From Lama glama (taxonomy: Eukaryota), in assembly GCA_028534125.1 (NCBI GenBank), contig CM052816.1:78990001-79054000 (forward strand): a DNA stretch of 64,000 nucleotides. Direction: 5' to 3'. The notes beneath the pieces are model-generated. The model was not told the DNA's origin and ran no database searches. It was given only the letters and a program-made list of their open reading frames with translations. Position numbers and translations under genes: made by a program. Shown here in pieces: positions 1 through 13,754 of the stretch (position 1 is the stretch's first letter; the number at the start of each line of letters is the position of its first letter).

Positions 1-1211
1 AGAGTAGGCAGTATATAACTTCATTTCCAACAAAAACTTAGAGCAGTTCAAAAACTTCAGAATTGAGTTGAAAAGAGCTAATGTTTTCTCCTTTTACTTC
101 ATATACTGTATTGATTACAGCATGCTTGTATTCACAGTACACAAAATTGGTCACAACTTCAGCAGGGATGAGCAGGCTGGAGTCGTTCCAGCAGGGTCCA
201 TTCATCTTGTGTCTCAGGTTGAGCTTTGTGAGTTCAGCCTGACAACTTCCTGTGTAAACTGCCTGTTTCTCTATAGAGTCCCGGTTGTTTTACCTTCCAG
301 TCAGTACAAAGCATCTCCTAAGATAGAATCAAGAGTGGCGCATCAGTTAATAATGTCACTCTATGGTCCTACCGCCTCCTTTTGAGATTTTGGTGGATAA
401 TTTGTTGTTTGGTTTATCCCTTTTGTGTTTTCACAGAGTTCCGTCATAAATGGCTAGAAACAAGTACAGAACGTCTTATGCCTGCGGTTCCTTTGTGAAT
501 TAGCACAGATTCCTCTTTCTTCTGGAGCTATAATTTGTCATTTCTTAAAATTACTGTTGATTATTTTAACATAGATTTGTGTTTCTGGTTTGTTTTTTTT
601 TTAAACTAAGATTGTGATTCAGACCCTCTGTGTCTCTTCTCAGGGTTCCATACAGAGATTAAGGTTACCCACCAGGATTTATCTTTTTTCTACAGAAGAT
701 GTCATTTGTTATGCTTGTTTCAAATTCTTGTTGAAAAATCTTTGAACTATGACAAATGCTTTTGATGTAGTTTATGCTTTCAGGCTACAATTTTGCTTTG
801 CAGAAAAAAAAACCCATTTTAATTGACATTTAATAATCTCAGGCAGAGACATTTTCTAAAAATTTTTCTTCCATGAAAAAGTCAGATTTCAGACATATTA
901 TATTAAAATGGAAGACAAACTTTTGCATCAGAGAAGAAATCATTAATTGCATCAAGTGAAACAGCTGAATGACTGATTTCAATATCAATATCAATATTTC
1001 AATATCCTAACTACAAGCATTTCTTTTAAGTCTTCAGAGTAGCCCACACTGTATCATAATAATCACAGAATGCAATTTGAGCAGTGATTATTTTCTCATT
1101 AATTTTCAGGTTACTCAGAATGTCTGGAGGCTTAGTTACTAACTCCAGGAGTCTTCACTGCGCTGTTCCTAGGTTCGGTTTCAGTTGACAGAACCCTGGA
1201 GGAACTCTAGA

Positions 1212-1388
1212 GAACTGCTTCTCAAACACATATACACATACACAAACGCATATACAACCCCCCTGGGGATCCTGTAAAATGCAGATGTGGATTCTATAGG
1301 TCTGGGGTGGGGCCCGAGGGTCTGCATTTCCACCAAGTCCCCAGTCAGTGCTGCTGGTCTGTCTGGACCACACTTTGAGGAGCAAGGA
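1212..1388. mobile_element. MER5A-like hAT-Charlie DNA transposon remnant
   Basis: Recognised motifs cttctcaaac..., taaaatgcagat, ggtctggggtggggccc...tctgcattt, ggaccacactttgag. Confidence 0.75.
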
Positions 1389-3299
1389 TCTCTAAAACCA
1401 TCTCTGGGCCATGGCCATGGCCTGAATTCAGAAACTTCCTGATATTAAAAAGGGAAAAGAAAGGTAGGAGTGCAATAAGGAGAAGTGAGAAGAAAACTAG
1501 CAGTAAGAATAAGTTAATGAGTGAAAGGAAAAAAAAAAAAACCCTTTGAGGAATAATGAGGAATTTTCCCCAGAGCTAACATACAGCAGCTAGGTGACTG
1601 CATATGACACAGGACAGGAGAGGAGGAGGGAAGGGAAGTTAACTTTTACTGAGTGTCTTCTGTGCAAACTGTGGTCTGAGGCATTGCTATATGTTTAGGT
1701 ATGTATTTATAAATGCATATACATGGATGTATATTTTGGATATATATAGAGAGAACGATGTGTGTATATATGGAGGGTGAATGGATGGATAGATATTCTG
1801 CTTTGTTCCAAAAAGGTTGGAAGAGGAAGCTGTACCAGGCGTCTCTCATGCACACATTGCCTCAATCCTCGTAACAACCCTTTTAAAATACATACCGAGA
1901 GAGACGAAAAAGCTGAGCCTCGGAGTTTTTTTTTAAAGCACAGCTGTAGAATTATTAGACTTCAGAGTTCCACAATCCACTCTTTGACCAGACAGAGAGC
2001 CCGACACAGTGAAAGAGGATGCGGAGGGCAGAGACACAAAGGACAGTGTTGGAACCTGGGGTAGAAAGTGCACAGGGGAAGAAATTAGAAAAGAGGATGC
2101 GGCAGAGACACATGGGAAGATTCAGGAAGAAAGGGAAAGGAAATACAGGGCCTGCCAGGGCTGCAGTCCAAGTGGATAATTCCAGTCCTGGTAGCAATTA
2201 GAGGCGACCCATTTGGCAGTGCCCGTCCCTCCGCAGGGGGTGCTTGCCATCATCTTTCCTGCCAAGACTGTTTCCACAACCTTTTTAGCCCCGGCTAGAG
2301 TAGCCCAGTTCTATCCAGTGTGGAGAACTCGGTTTTCACCTTAACTACCCTAGCCTACCAAGCAGGATGAAGCAGTCTGCCAGACTCTAGGAGGGACGAG
2401 CTATGTAGCAGAAGCTTGAGGCCCCTAGGGCTACCTGCCCCCATGCCCACTGGGACTCTGAGCCAAAGACACCCCATTCTCAGTCTCTTCCTCCTCTTTT
2501 GGATCTCCTTCCAGCTCAGCCAATCCTTCCAAATCTCCTCCTCTGAGATGACTGAAAATCCTCGTTACTTTCCTTCACAAATAGGTTTGTTCATCAGAGA
2601 CTGAGTGTCAATTAAATATATTTTTTAAAAAAGGTAGGAACAAGATCTTACAACATGCTTTTACATTATGCATAATGTTATAGCTGAATTCCTGTCTGGA
2701 GATGTGAAGGAGTGTTTAGAATAAACCAGAAGGACAGAATTTCAGTAGATTGGACGGCATTATAAAGAGCAGCAATTCAGAGGTGTTTTTATTGCACTCT
2801 GAACTCAGTGAATCATCTTGCTCACACCTTTATTTTCATATATTTCTATGAATAGTTAGGCCTAAGAAATAAGATATTGGATGTTTGTCAAGAAGTATAA
2901 CTCAGTAAGATGTCTGTCCTTGGCCAGGAGCTTGGGATGTGTCCTTTAATCATGGGCATCTGACACTACGGTAGGAAAGGAATTATTTTTAAATTTAGTG
3001 TTTATTTTTTTCAGTTATATATATTCATGTGGTTTAAGGGACCAAATGGTCCTATGAAACTTTTTTGGAAAAAACCAGCAATATCCTTGCCCCTTCCTCT
3101 GCTTTCTTTTTTTTTTTTTTTTCTTGGTCCCCAGAGGCAACAGTATCCAACTCATGTAGCTGTTTCTTTTGTACAAACCTCCACATGTCCAAATATCAGA
3201 CATTTAGTGCTATTTCTTTTTATTTATTTTCAGGCACTACTGGTCGGCCACTGTGGAAGAATTAGAATCTCTTTCACAGATTTCTGTGACTCTTGCAAC

Positions 3300-4900
3300 C
3301 ACTGCCACTATACACATGAACACTTTCCATTCCCCCACCTTCCCCAAATCATTGTATCAGCAGCTTGATTAGATCAATACTCAGTATTCACATCATTGTG
3401 ACCATGTACTATACCAGGATTACTTTTCCTTTCCCGCCCAACTTTTTGTTTTCCTTGGATTTAATAATTGTGTCATATGTTTGTTTTGTTTTGTTTTCTT
3501 GGTTCTTTATATACTGATTACCAATCAGACCCCATACTGTCTTCCAGTTATCTAAATATCCTTTAAAATATTCAGTTTCTTGAGGTGTTCAACTGCTTCT
3601 AGTCCCATCTCTTTTGGAGATGTCTTTTCTGGAGTCTCCTCAGGGACTCCCCCACTGTGGGCTGGGTGTTCTTGTGACTGGTGTACTGCCGTCATTCTTG
3701 GGTATCCCCTCACCATCATCCTGAAGGCTGCCTCCATCTCTTCTGAGTTGGTGCCCCTGTTTCTTGGCACCTTAGTTTACCAGCTCTTTTGGTAGAGCAT
3801 CTCCTCCAGGAGCATCCTGAGAATGGGTGCATGTGGGATACATATTTTGAGAGCTTACAGTTTGGAAATTTTTTATCATGCCTTCACATTTAGTGAATAC
3901 TTTATATTAGTACATAATTCTAGATTGGTAATCATTTCCCTTCAGAGTTTCAAAAGCATTGCCCCTCCATTTGCCTTCTGATTTCCAGTGTTGTTGCTGA
4001 GAAATCTAAAGCCCTTTCGTACCTGATCTTTTATATGTAACCTTTTTTATTCCCTTCTCCACGCTATTAGGACCTTTCCTTTGTCTGCAGATTCTTAGAT
4101 TTCATGACGTACGTGGGTAGGGGGCTATTTTCATGTATCGTTCTGAGTATTGGATAGGCTCCTGCAAAACGGAAACTTATATACTTTGATTTCAGAAATT
4201 CTAATGATCTATTTGTTTATCATTTCATCCCCTCTTTTTTCTACCTTCTCTTTTTCTAGAGCTTCTAATAGTGAGGCATTCAAGTGATTCTTGGACTGAT
4301 TATCTGAGTCTTCTTAAAATTTTCTCATATTTCTCATTTCTATTCTTTCTGCTCTGCTATCTGGGCTATTTGCTGAACTTTATTCTCTAAATTTTAAAAT
4401 CAATATTGATTCTACTACCACATTTTAAAGTCTATAGTTCTAAAAGCTTATTTTTGTTCTGTGTTGCTCTTTTAAAAAAATAGTATTCTGCTTCTGCATC
4501 ATGGATGTTCCATATTTTTGAGGATATTAATTATATATCTTGCATATATAATTTTATATATGTTATAAATGAAAATAAATTATAGGTACATGATTTTATA
4601 AAATATATATTAAACTCTCTGCATAGTCTTTTTCATCCAGTTTATCTTCCTCCTGTCTACTCATTCAGTCACTGCTTTTTGTGTCTGGTGACTGCCTGTT
4701 TGTATGTAAGAAAGGGGCGCTCACTACAAAGCTCACTGACAGCTGTGTGCACTTGAGCTCTGACCACTCGCTGAGAAATTCCCTTGTCAGTATGTTTTGG
4801 TCTTTTCTTTTGGGTTGGTCAGACTCTCCAGAGAAAAATTTTATAATTTCCTGCCTGGAGGAAATAAACCTGGCTGTCAACATTCGGTGAACTGAAAACA
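3300..4900 (-). mobile_element. Old L1 (L1M-type) fragment(s)
   Basis: T-rich antisense L1-like text, e.g. ttctagattggtaatcatttcccttcagagtttcaaaagcattg...ttgctgagaaatct. Boundaries approximate. Confidence 0.55.
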
Positions 4901-4931
4901 GAGAGTGCTTAGGACCTCAACATTTCATATA

Positions 4932-5388
4932 TGTGGTAGGTGGAATAACAGCTCCCTGAAGATGGCTATACCCTAATGCCCAGAACCTGTAGGTATGTTC
5001 CAGTGCATGGCAAACCCCACTGCCAGCAGATATGATTCAGTTAAGGATCTTGATATGGAGAGATCATCTTAGATTACTTGGATGGGCACAGTGCAGTCAC
5101 AAAGGTCATCATAAGATGGAGCAGGAGGCAGGAGTGTCAGAGTCACAGAAGAAGATGTGACAGCAGAAGCAGAGGCAGGGTGATGTGGGGCCACAGGCAA
5201 AGGAACGAATGTAACCTTTAGAAGCTGGAAAAGGAAAGGAAATGGATTCCTTCCTGAGCCTCCAGAAGGAACACAGACCCGATGCCCATTTTAGACTGGC
5301 CTCCAGAATCGTAAGGTAATAAAATTTGTATTGTTCAAACCACTAGACTTGAGGTGATTTGTTACAGCAACAACAGGAAACTAATATA
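4932..5388 (+). mobile_element. MLT1 (MaLR) solo LTR
   Basis: Begins tgtggtagg...aat, has internal gaagctggaaaagg...aaatggattc...gagcctccagaagg and aataaa, and ends gttacagcaacaacaggaaactaata. Confidence 0.85.
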
Positions 5389-7199
5389 GTAAGTAAACTT
5401 TCACCCAGTCCCCCGCTTTTCCATACAGAAGCTCCACTTCAAGCTGTGCCTGATGTTCCATCTTTTCCAGGGAGGAACCCCCAGTCTTCTGCTGGAGTAG
5501 AAGGGGAACAGTCACTTTGTCCCCAGACAGACAAAACTACTTCCTATTTTTAGCCAAACTTCACCTCTGCTTCCAGAAGTACTTAGCAGTGCCAGTCCCT
5601 GGACCTTGGTGGTTCTGCAGGAATTACACCAAGCTGCTTCTTAGCATCCCCACTGCTCATAGTAGAAGTATATGTGTATCATCAATCAACATTGACAGAG
5701 TTGAAAAAGTATAAGTGCCATGATTTTGTACTGAGTTTTCTTGGGCGTGGTGCTGCATGGTATATATTATACACTGAGAACATGACATTGTGCTGGTAGA
5801 GTTGTAGATATGTCAGTACGACCTGTGGGAGCTAAAAGCAGTGGTTTCGTAGGAGGGAGGTTTGGGTTTAATTAAAGGCTTTTGTCACTTACTAGTGGTA
5901 TGACTGAGCAAGTTGCTTTACAGAGCCTCAGTTTCCTCATCTGTAAGTAAGTATCTGTAACTATGGTAGAAACTATATTTAACCCACAAATATATTCAAA
6001 GGATTAAGTTAGACAAGATGATGGATAAAAGCACTTGGCCACAATGTACCTCCACTGCAGAAATACAAGTAAACTGAGACTGAATTATATAAATGGTAAT
6101 TTGTGCCCTTCCTGTGTGTAACTTTGAATAATATTTGTGGGATGAATGAATGTCTTCTTTTAATGAAGTTATTTCAGAAAACAACAATGAATACAGGGCT
6201 TCATTAAATGCTACGTGAACCTTAAAACAGATAAAACATAAAAATTAATTTTTAAGTTTAAAAAATTTTTTCCCTATCCCCTCACTTTCATTCCTTTTAA
6301 CAGAAGACTGTATTTTAAACTTTTATTTATTCCATTTGCCTCACAAAATCATGGATTCAAGATTAAGAAAGAAATAAAAAGCAACCTTGTCAGCTCTCCT
6401 CTAGAATTTAGACTAGCCTCTTAATTAGATTTTTTATTTCCTCTCCCTCACTGCCTTCCCCCTCTAATCCATTTACCACACAGCAGGCAAATTGATCTTA
6501 AAAAGCAAAATGTATATCAGAGTGAATCACGCCATCGCTTAAAGTCTCTTACTGGCTTCCCATTTTTCTTGGAATAAAAACAAAACTTCTCAGCACAACC
6601 TACAAGGCTTTGCAAAGCCCCAACTTCATCTTCAGCCTCATCTTGAACTTTTTACTTTGCAAAGTATCTTGTATGTAGTCCCCCTCAATACATATTTGTT
6701 GAATAAGTGAATTGATTAATGAATATATTAGAAAGAAGAAAGGATAAATTTAAAAATATATCATTTTAAGGTCCATGCTCTTATTTTCAAGTTTCCCTAC
6801 TGGGTCAGGTAAGAAAGCCGCTATTAACTGAATGGCTTGACAAATGTTTACTTCTGACTTTGTCTTTGGAGCCAAGAGACTGGCTTGGGACATGGGGAGA
6901 AAATATAAATGGAAGAGGAGGTAAGGAGATTATCTGCTTTCTAAGTAATGAGCTGGGCATTGTGAGGGAGAGAAGGTGGCTGCACCAAGACTAATATACC
7001 TTTAATCAGACAATGTATGCCTAGATCCTAGCACAGTGGCTGGCACAAAAAGATACTCAATAAATATTTGTTGAATTGATGAATAAAAATGGCTTTTCTA
7101 CTTTACCATATGCCTTCCATAAAGTAAGCCTTTATGATTTCCTAATTAATACTGCCGCTGAAGATCACTTTCGCCCGTTTTTAGCTCTATGATTTGATA

Positions 7200-7699
7200 N
7201 NNNNNNNNNNNNNNNNNNNNNNNNNNNNNNNNNNNNNNNNNNNNNNNNNNNNNNNNNNNNNNNNNNNNNNNNNNNNNNNNNNNNNNNNNNNNNNNNNNNN
7301 NNNNNNNNNNNNNNNNNNNNNNNNNNNNNNNNNNNNNNNNNNNNNNNNNNNNNNNNNNNNNNNNNNNNNNNNNNNNNNNNNNNNNNNNNNNNNNNNNNNN
7401 NNNNNNNNNNNNNNNNNNNNNNNNNNNNNNNNNNNNNNNNNNNNNNNNNNNNNNNNNNNNNNNNNNNNNNNNNNNNNNNNNNNNNNNNNNNNNNNNNNNN
7501 NNNNNNNNNNNNNNNNNNNNNNNNNNNNNNNNNNNNNNNNNNNNNNNNNNNNNNNNNNNNNNNNNNNNNNNNNNNNNNNNNNNNNNNNNNNNNNNNNNNN
7601 NNNNNNNNNNNNNNNNNNNNNNNNNNNNNNNNNNNNNNNNNNNNNNNNNNNNNNNNNNNNNNNNNNNNNNNNNNNNNNNNNNNNNNNNNNNNNNNNNNN
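7200..7699. other. Assembly gap, exactly 500 N
   Basis: Direct count. The round length suggests a scaffolding placeholder of unknown true size. Confidence 0.99.
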
Positions 7700-8765
7700 C
7701 ATGTGATTTAAAATTCTATTTACACTAAAAGTTTTAAAATGCAGATAAGATGAATTGATTTCAGTTCAAGATAAATTTTTAAAATTTTCCTTTAAATGTT
7801 CTTTGAAATAAGTTTTGAATTTCACATGAATCAAGACTTTGACGGATATAGAATGTAATATCACACATAGGATTTGAGTGTTGAGTGGTATAGCTGTCAG
7901 TCTAGGCATATGAAATGTAATTACCACAACCTAATCATTTTCAACAAAGCACAGAGTTCCCTTAGGCCTTTTTCCATCCGCTTTTATTCCAAACTCTCTT
8001 CATTCCTATTTTCTTCCCCCGTGATCTGCTGATAACATTTACTGTACAAGTGTGTCTCAAACATAACTCTCATATCAGTTTAATCCCAGATTCACTGCAG
8101 TATCACTAAGGATGGGGCCCTGGCATGCTGTATTTGTAACAAGTCATCTAAGTGATTCTTGTACCCAATAGTATTTGAGAACCACTTGTAAGCATTAAAT
8201 TATAGTACAATACTCTGTGGTATCACATCCTAGTTCTAATGCTGTATTTGTTGAAATTTTTAAAGTACACAAATAGTTCCATGATTCCTTTACTTTCAGA
8301 TAAATTACATCGCTCAAATAACATTGTTTATTTCAAAAGCTGCTATATATAGATACATATTGTTAAGTGAAAAATCAAGATGCAGAAAGTATGTATGGCA
8401 TTCTACCATTTATAGAAAAAAATGGGAGAAAATACATATATTTGCATGTATAGACATACAAATATCTCTAGAAAAATAAGCAAAACATTAGCAACAGTGA
8501 TTACTCGTTGCAGGGGGTGAAAACTGGAAGACTGGGAACTAGAGTTGGTGGGGTATTTTTCACTTTGCATCTTTTTGTTTTTTAACGTTTGACCATTCAA
8601 AAATTGTCCGGTTTTAGAAGTTAGATAAATTTGTAAAGCTGGTTTAGAAATCATTAACAAAGGTTATTCTGATAAAATATCAGACAAATAAAAGTATTAT
8701 AACTGAGGAAAGAAATCATTTTGAAAAATTTCTATATTTTGACATTTAAAAAAATTGTCCTTTAG

Positions 8766-8886
8766 ATCAACTGCAAGCTTTTTATATTCAACAAAACAGC
8801 ACAGTCCTGGATTGAAAGGGGCAGAGGAGCTTTGAGACTGAATGACGCAACAAGCAGTGATTGTGGAACATTCCAGTCAAGACTAA
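8766..8886 (+). CDS. RANBP3L: RANBP3L internal coding exon (RanBD1 domain), 121 nt
   Basis: tttag|ATC...CTA A|gtaag. Translates INCKLFIFNKTAQSWIERGRGALRLNDATSSDCGTFQSRL, with the RanBD signature W.ERG.G.LRLN; matches RANBP3L as I recall it. Confidence 0.95.
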
Positions 8887-9029
8887 GTAAGGAATTATTT
8901 CGTAAAGCAAGTCACTATTTCTTAGGGAAATTTTTCCAATATAGGAACACATCGTGTTCTGGAGATCTGTTGTATGTCAGTAAATTAGACTGCTGAAAAC
9001 AATATTGTTTCCAATGTACTATTGGAGCT

Positions 9030-9260
9030 TCCTGTTTAAAGTCGGCTCTGAGGTCAGACTACACAGGTTCCAGTTCTGGCTCCATCACTAACTGATAACC
9101 TTGGACAAGTTACTTAACCTCCCTCTGCCTTAGTTGCATCAGTTTAAAATGAAGATAACAGTAGCCCATGACTTAGTTTTGTGAGAATTCAGTGAGATAA
9201 TGCATGTAAATCACTTATGACAGAGCCCAGCACACACCTAAATAGTAATCTCATTATTAT
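9030..9260 (+). mobile_element. MIR SINE
   Basis: MIR core: ggctccatcactaactg...accttggacaagttacttaacctccctctgccttagtt...aaaatgaagataa. Confidence 0.8.
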
Positions 9261-10489
9261 TTAAAGGAATAGGATGACATTTTTCTTAAATGCAATAGTT
9301 TTTCTAAAAGAGAATATTTGCCCTATAATTTATTCCTAGCATTCTAAACATGGTGTGTGGGTTGGAATGAAGAGTCAGTTTCCAAGTAAATAAAGGTGTG
9401 TGGTTACTGAATCCTGCAGGCAGAGTGAGTGTTGATCAGAATGTGGTCAAACGGAGAGACTGAGGAGGATTTTGGCATCCAAAAGACACACTGGGCATTG
9501 CTCAGAGGCCCAGACTGAAAGAAAGCACAGGCAGAGCTATTGGCAGGCTGGGTTTACTGGTCAATATTTGGTGGGCAAAGATTGTGGAGGAGACCACAGG
9601 TAGAAGCTGGTAAATGGATATGTGTAAAGTTTCAGGTAACAAGATCAAAAGAGTAAGGAATAGAATTCAGACTAGAGAGTAGGAACAGTGTCCTTCAGTT
9701 CTGTAACAGGCAAACAGGTTTCCAAATAATCCAACCAAAGCAGGTACTACTTGTCTTCTACAATGTTTTCTACATTTTACTCCTTCCACTACCTGCCAAA
9801 AACCCAACAAAACGTTTCTTTTAATTTTGTAGGTAATACATATTCATTACAGAAGACAGAGAACACGGATAAACAAAAAGAAAAAAATTAAATTATTCAT
9901 AGGCTTATCTTCCTGTAGTAGCTAGCCTCTATGAATAAAATATATTTTTCTGGACTTTATATACCATAAATGTATAAAATATATTGAATCATTTGTGATT
10001 CATGGTGTTTATATTGCTTTTTTTCTTTTACATAGTATACCATGGTCACCTTTCTATATCATTAATTATCTTTCTTCAGTATCCTAAATGGGTTCATAAT
10101 ATCTTCAATAGCTGTATCATCATTTATTTAACTAATTCCATTTTTTAAATGCTTAAAGTTTTTGTTTCAGTTTTCTCCATTGTAAACAACTCTTGGATAA
10201 ATATTCTTCAGACCACCAGGTCCTTAAAAGAGTACTAAAATTATAACCATTTTTAATATTATAGTTTAAAAAAATGTAATTCCAGTATTTAAGCTAAAAA
10301 AAGTCTTCCAACATAATAAAGCCCAATTTGAAAGCCAAGTTATAATCTAGTCAAATTGCAATTTAATAGTGAAAACAGAGTCTGAAAACCAACTATAAGA
10401 TTTATTTACTTTCAAAAAATGGCAAAGTCTTCTGGAAGACTAAGGAATCAATTGTTCTGAAATCTGATAAATTCACCTTCTTATTTCAG

Positions 10490-10632
10490 TTATGCGCAAC
10501 CAAGGCAGCCTCAGGCTGATTCTCAATAGCAAACTCTGGGCTCAAATGGAGATTCAAAGAGCAAACCACAAAAATTTACGAATAACAGCTACTGATTTAG
10601 AAGATTATAACATCAAAGTGTTTTTAATTCAG
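10490..10632 (+). CDS. RANBP3L: RANBP3L coding exon, 143 nt
   Basis: tttcag|TT ATG CGC...ATT CAG|gtaag. Translates (I)MRNQGSLRLILNSKLWAQMEIQRANHKNLRITATDLEDYNIKVFLIQ, in phase with the previous exon. Confidence 0.95.
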
Positions 10633-13564
10633 GTAAGTGACAAATTTCAATGGTAGAGTATCACCCTACTATATTTATAGATCTCTGAAATTACTAATTT
10701 TTTTCATTTTATTATAATAACCTGTACCATTGGCAAAAAATCAACCATTTATTATGGTTGTTTGCAGTCTAACATAACACCTAAATTTTTTATGAAATTT
10801 TGAGATTAACACCAATTTAGAGTAGTCAGTTGACACCATCCCTGGACATTTGTACTGGCATATGCCATCAAACCTCCACACCTCACTATTAAAATTATGT
10901 CAACAATCTTATTAAGTTACCAAAGAGGCTATTGTCAGGATTGGCTCCTAGGAGGCCAGGGGAATCCACAGTCTGATGCTTATACTGCATGCTGAAATGG
11001 AGGCTTCAAGATTACTGGAAAGGACCCAGTGAGAAATAGAAAAACACAGGGCTAGCAAGTTGAAACAACCAGTCCAACAGCAATTTCCAATTCTGGACAT
11101 GAATCAGTCTCCAAGGTAACAGAATGGGAACATAGCTGTAGCTGTTCCTGGCAGCAGGAACGCTTGACCTCAAATACAAGATCCAGGCAAAAGAGATAGA
11201 GCTGGCAGGAATCAGGCCAGAATAAAAGGCTGGATTTCCCCCTTAGTCTGAGACCCAGAAGACTGGAGAAGACTGAGTATCCAAGTGACTCAGGCAGAAG
11301 ATGACAATGCAAGTAAATTGGCTTCCAAATAGCAATGAAAAAAAAAAAAAAGTTGGCAAGTGCCCACTGATGAAAAACCAATGGTTTTATTAACTACTAG
11401 TAAGTGCACTGTTAGGTTTAAGTGATGCTGAGTATTAAGATGTTAGAGTAAGACACCCAAACTCTGTTTACCATTTCGGGAGGTAATACTGGATTCTCTG
11501 CTAGGCCAGAGCCCCCCGGCTTTGAGTGGGTAAAGGAGCCTGCCTGAGACTGACAGTGAGACTATGATTAGATTAGATTAGATTTAACTACCATTAGATT
11601 CTGCTGCTTGATATTGGCCCACATGGACTTTTTAAATTGTCGGATAATTTTTAGAGATTAGCAAATGAAATACAATAAAAATCACCCAAAATTCCACTCC
11701 CAGAGATGGTCACTAGTAACATTTTGGTCTTAACTATATTTTAGTATATATATATGGATGTGTGGGTACGTGTATACATATGTACCATACTGTACATACT
11801 GTATGACCATCAGGCAAATTATTTAGCCTTCTTCAACCTGATTTTACTCATCTGCCATAGGAAGACAATAATAATACACTTTATAAAGTGGTTAAGATTA
11901 GATAGCTAGTATTTGATTGTGAAATACACTTTAACCTTTTCACTTATCAATGAAAATGAGTGTTTTCCTTTATTAAATAGTAGTTCATTCTTCAAGAATT
12001 ATTTCATAGGTGAAAATAATTCTATTATGTACCATAATTTATTCCACCAATCCCATTTTGCTAAATACTTAGGTCGTTTACTGTGTTTATTATTACAAAT
12101 TCTACAAGGAAGTTGCAAGAAATTCTCTATGTACATACATGTTAATTCTCTTGGGAAAAGGTTTTGACTTGTTTTGACAAATTTCTCTCCAGAAAAACTG
12201 ACCAATTTTCATTTTCACCAGCATTTTCTTATGGTACTTCTTGGAATTTTTTTTTAAATACTGCAAATTTATTGTTCAAAAAATATATCACTGCTTTTAT
12301 TTTTAACTTCTTGTTCTGAATTTCTTGAATGAAAACATCTGAGTGCATTTGGCAAAAGGAAATACATACTAGTGAAAGGCATATTTAAAATTTAATGTAA
12401 AAAAGTCAAAGTAGCAGAACAGTATCTGTATTTCAATTACAATACTCTTTCAATATTTGTTATTAAATAACTTACTGAAGAAAAATTACACCTTTACACA
12501 TGATGTAAAAAGTTAAATTGGTCAAAAGTCAACAAATATTTATTCAACACCTATTATGTAATATCTAATATAATATGAAAAAAAAATATTTAATATATAG
12601 TTTTTTTCCCTAAAAATAATTAAGGCAACTTAAGAACATGCAAACAAAAAAACATATTTTAAGACCCTCTCCCAAAATGTTGGCATTGTAGTTGGTTCAA
12701 TTCTCAGTTCTTGGCTTTGAAAGATTCAATAGCTCTCTGAAGGATTAGCGAAGAGAAAAAATTTTCCCCAGATTTCCTTTGAAACTGTGAAAAGATACAA
12801 AAATGTAAACCACTGATATGTTACCTTAAAGAGCACTGACTTTGACGACAAAAACCAAGTCCCAGCCAATTCGCCAACCAGCTGTGTACACTCAGACAGG
12901 TCGTGACTTTCGGAACCATAATTTTCTCATCTGTAAAGGGAAGAGGAAACAAGTACCTGTACTATGTGCTTTTACTAACACAGATGAAATAATTAACTTT
13001 GGTTTTATTATAAGAATTGAATAAATTAAAGAACATAACAGCAGCAAATGTTATACTAATGTTATTGTTACCATCAGTTTTTATACTGATAGCAACTCTG
13101 AAAATAGAAAAATACTGAGAGCAAGGACTTCTGATGTGCTTATGGTACAATATCACAGACTATTTGAACGAACTCTGCTTTTCTACAGAGCCATGTAGCT
13201 TGCCAGGGATGTCTAAGCAAGTGATGTAAAGGAAATGAAAGCTTTTCCCCCTCTAACCCTATAATTTTCTACAGTGTAAAACAGTGAAGGAAGTATGGTC
13301 TTAACAAATTTAAATTCATATAGAAATTTTAAATCACAAAATTTCATTTTCTTCGTTTAAAATGCATACATTGGGACCTCATAAAATTACCTGCTTTAGG
13401 ATTCAATTTGGTTCAAGATAAACTGGCTCTTTGCCCTTTTAATTTTTAGGGTTATTTACGTTCCAGATTTACGCCACATAATCCCTTCCTTATTAATAGT
13501 AAAAGATTACAAATCTATAAAATGTGGCTGTTATTAAGTTACTAATTTTCTTAACAACTTGTAG

Positions 13565-13754
13565 GCCAGTGTCAAAGATACAGGATGTCTATATGCAGCA
13601 ATACATCATCGTCTTGTTGCACTTCGAAGCTTCGACAAGCAGCAAGATGTAAATCAAGCTGAAAGCCAGCCAGAAACAGTCCTCCAGCAATTTAACTGTG
13701 ATAGCTGTGATGAGGATGAGGATGATTTCATCCAAGTCACAAAAACTAGATCAG
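13565..13754 (+). CDS. RANBP3L: RANBP3L penultimate coding exon, 190 nt
   Basis: tgtag|GCC AGT...TCA G|gtaaag. Translates ASVKDTGCLYAAIHHRLVALRSFDKQQDVNQAESQPETVLQQFNCDSCDEDEDDFIQVTKTRS. Confidence 0.95.

Noticed and set aside
1105..1145. ttttcag|gttactcagaa, resembling the start of a RANBP3L exon
   Set aside because: No sustained similarity to RANBP3L in any frame and no matching donor.
7187..7706. Two ~170-aa poly-X ORFs
   Set aside because: Artefacts of translating the N gap.
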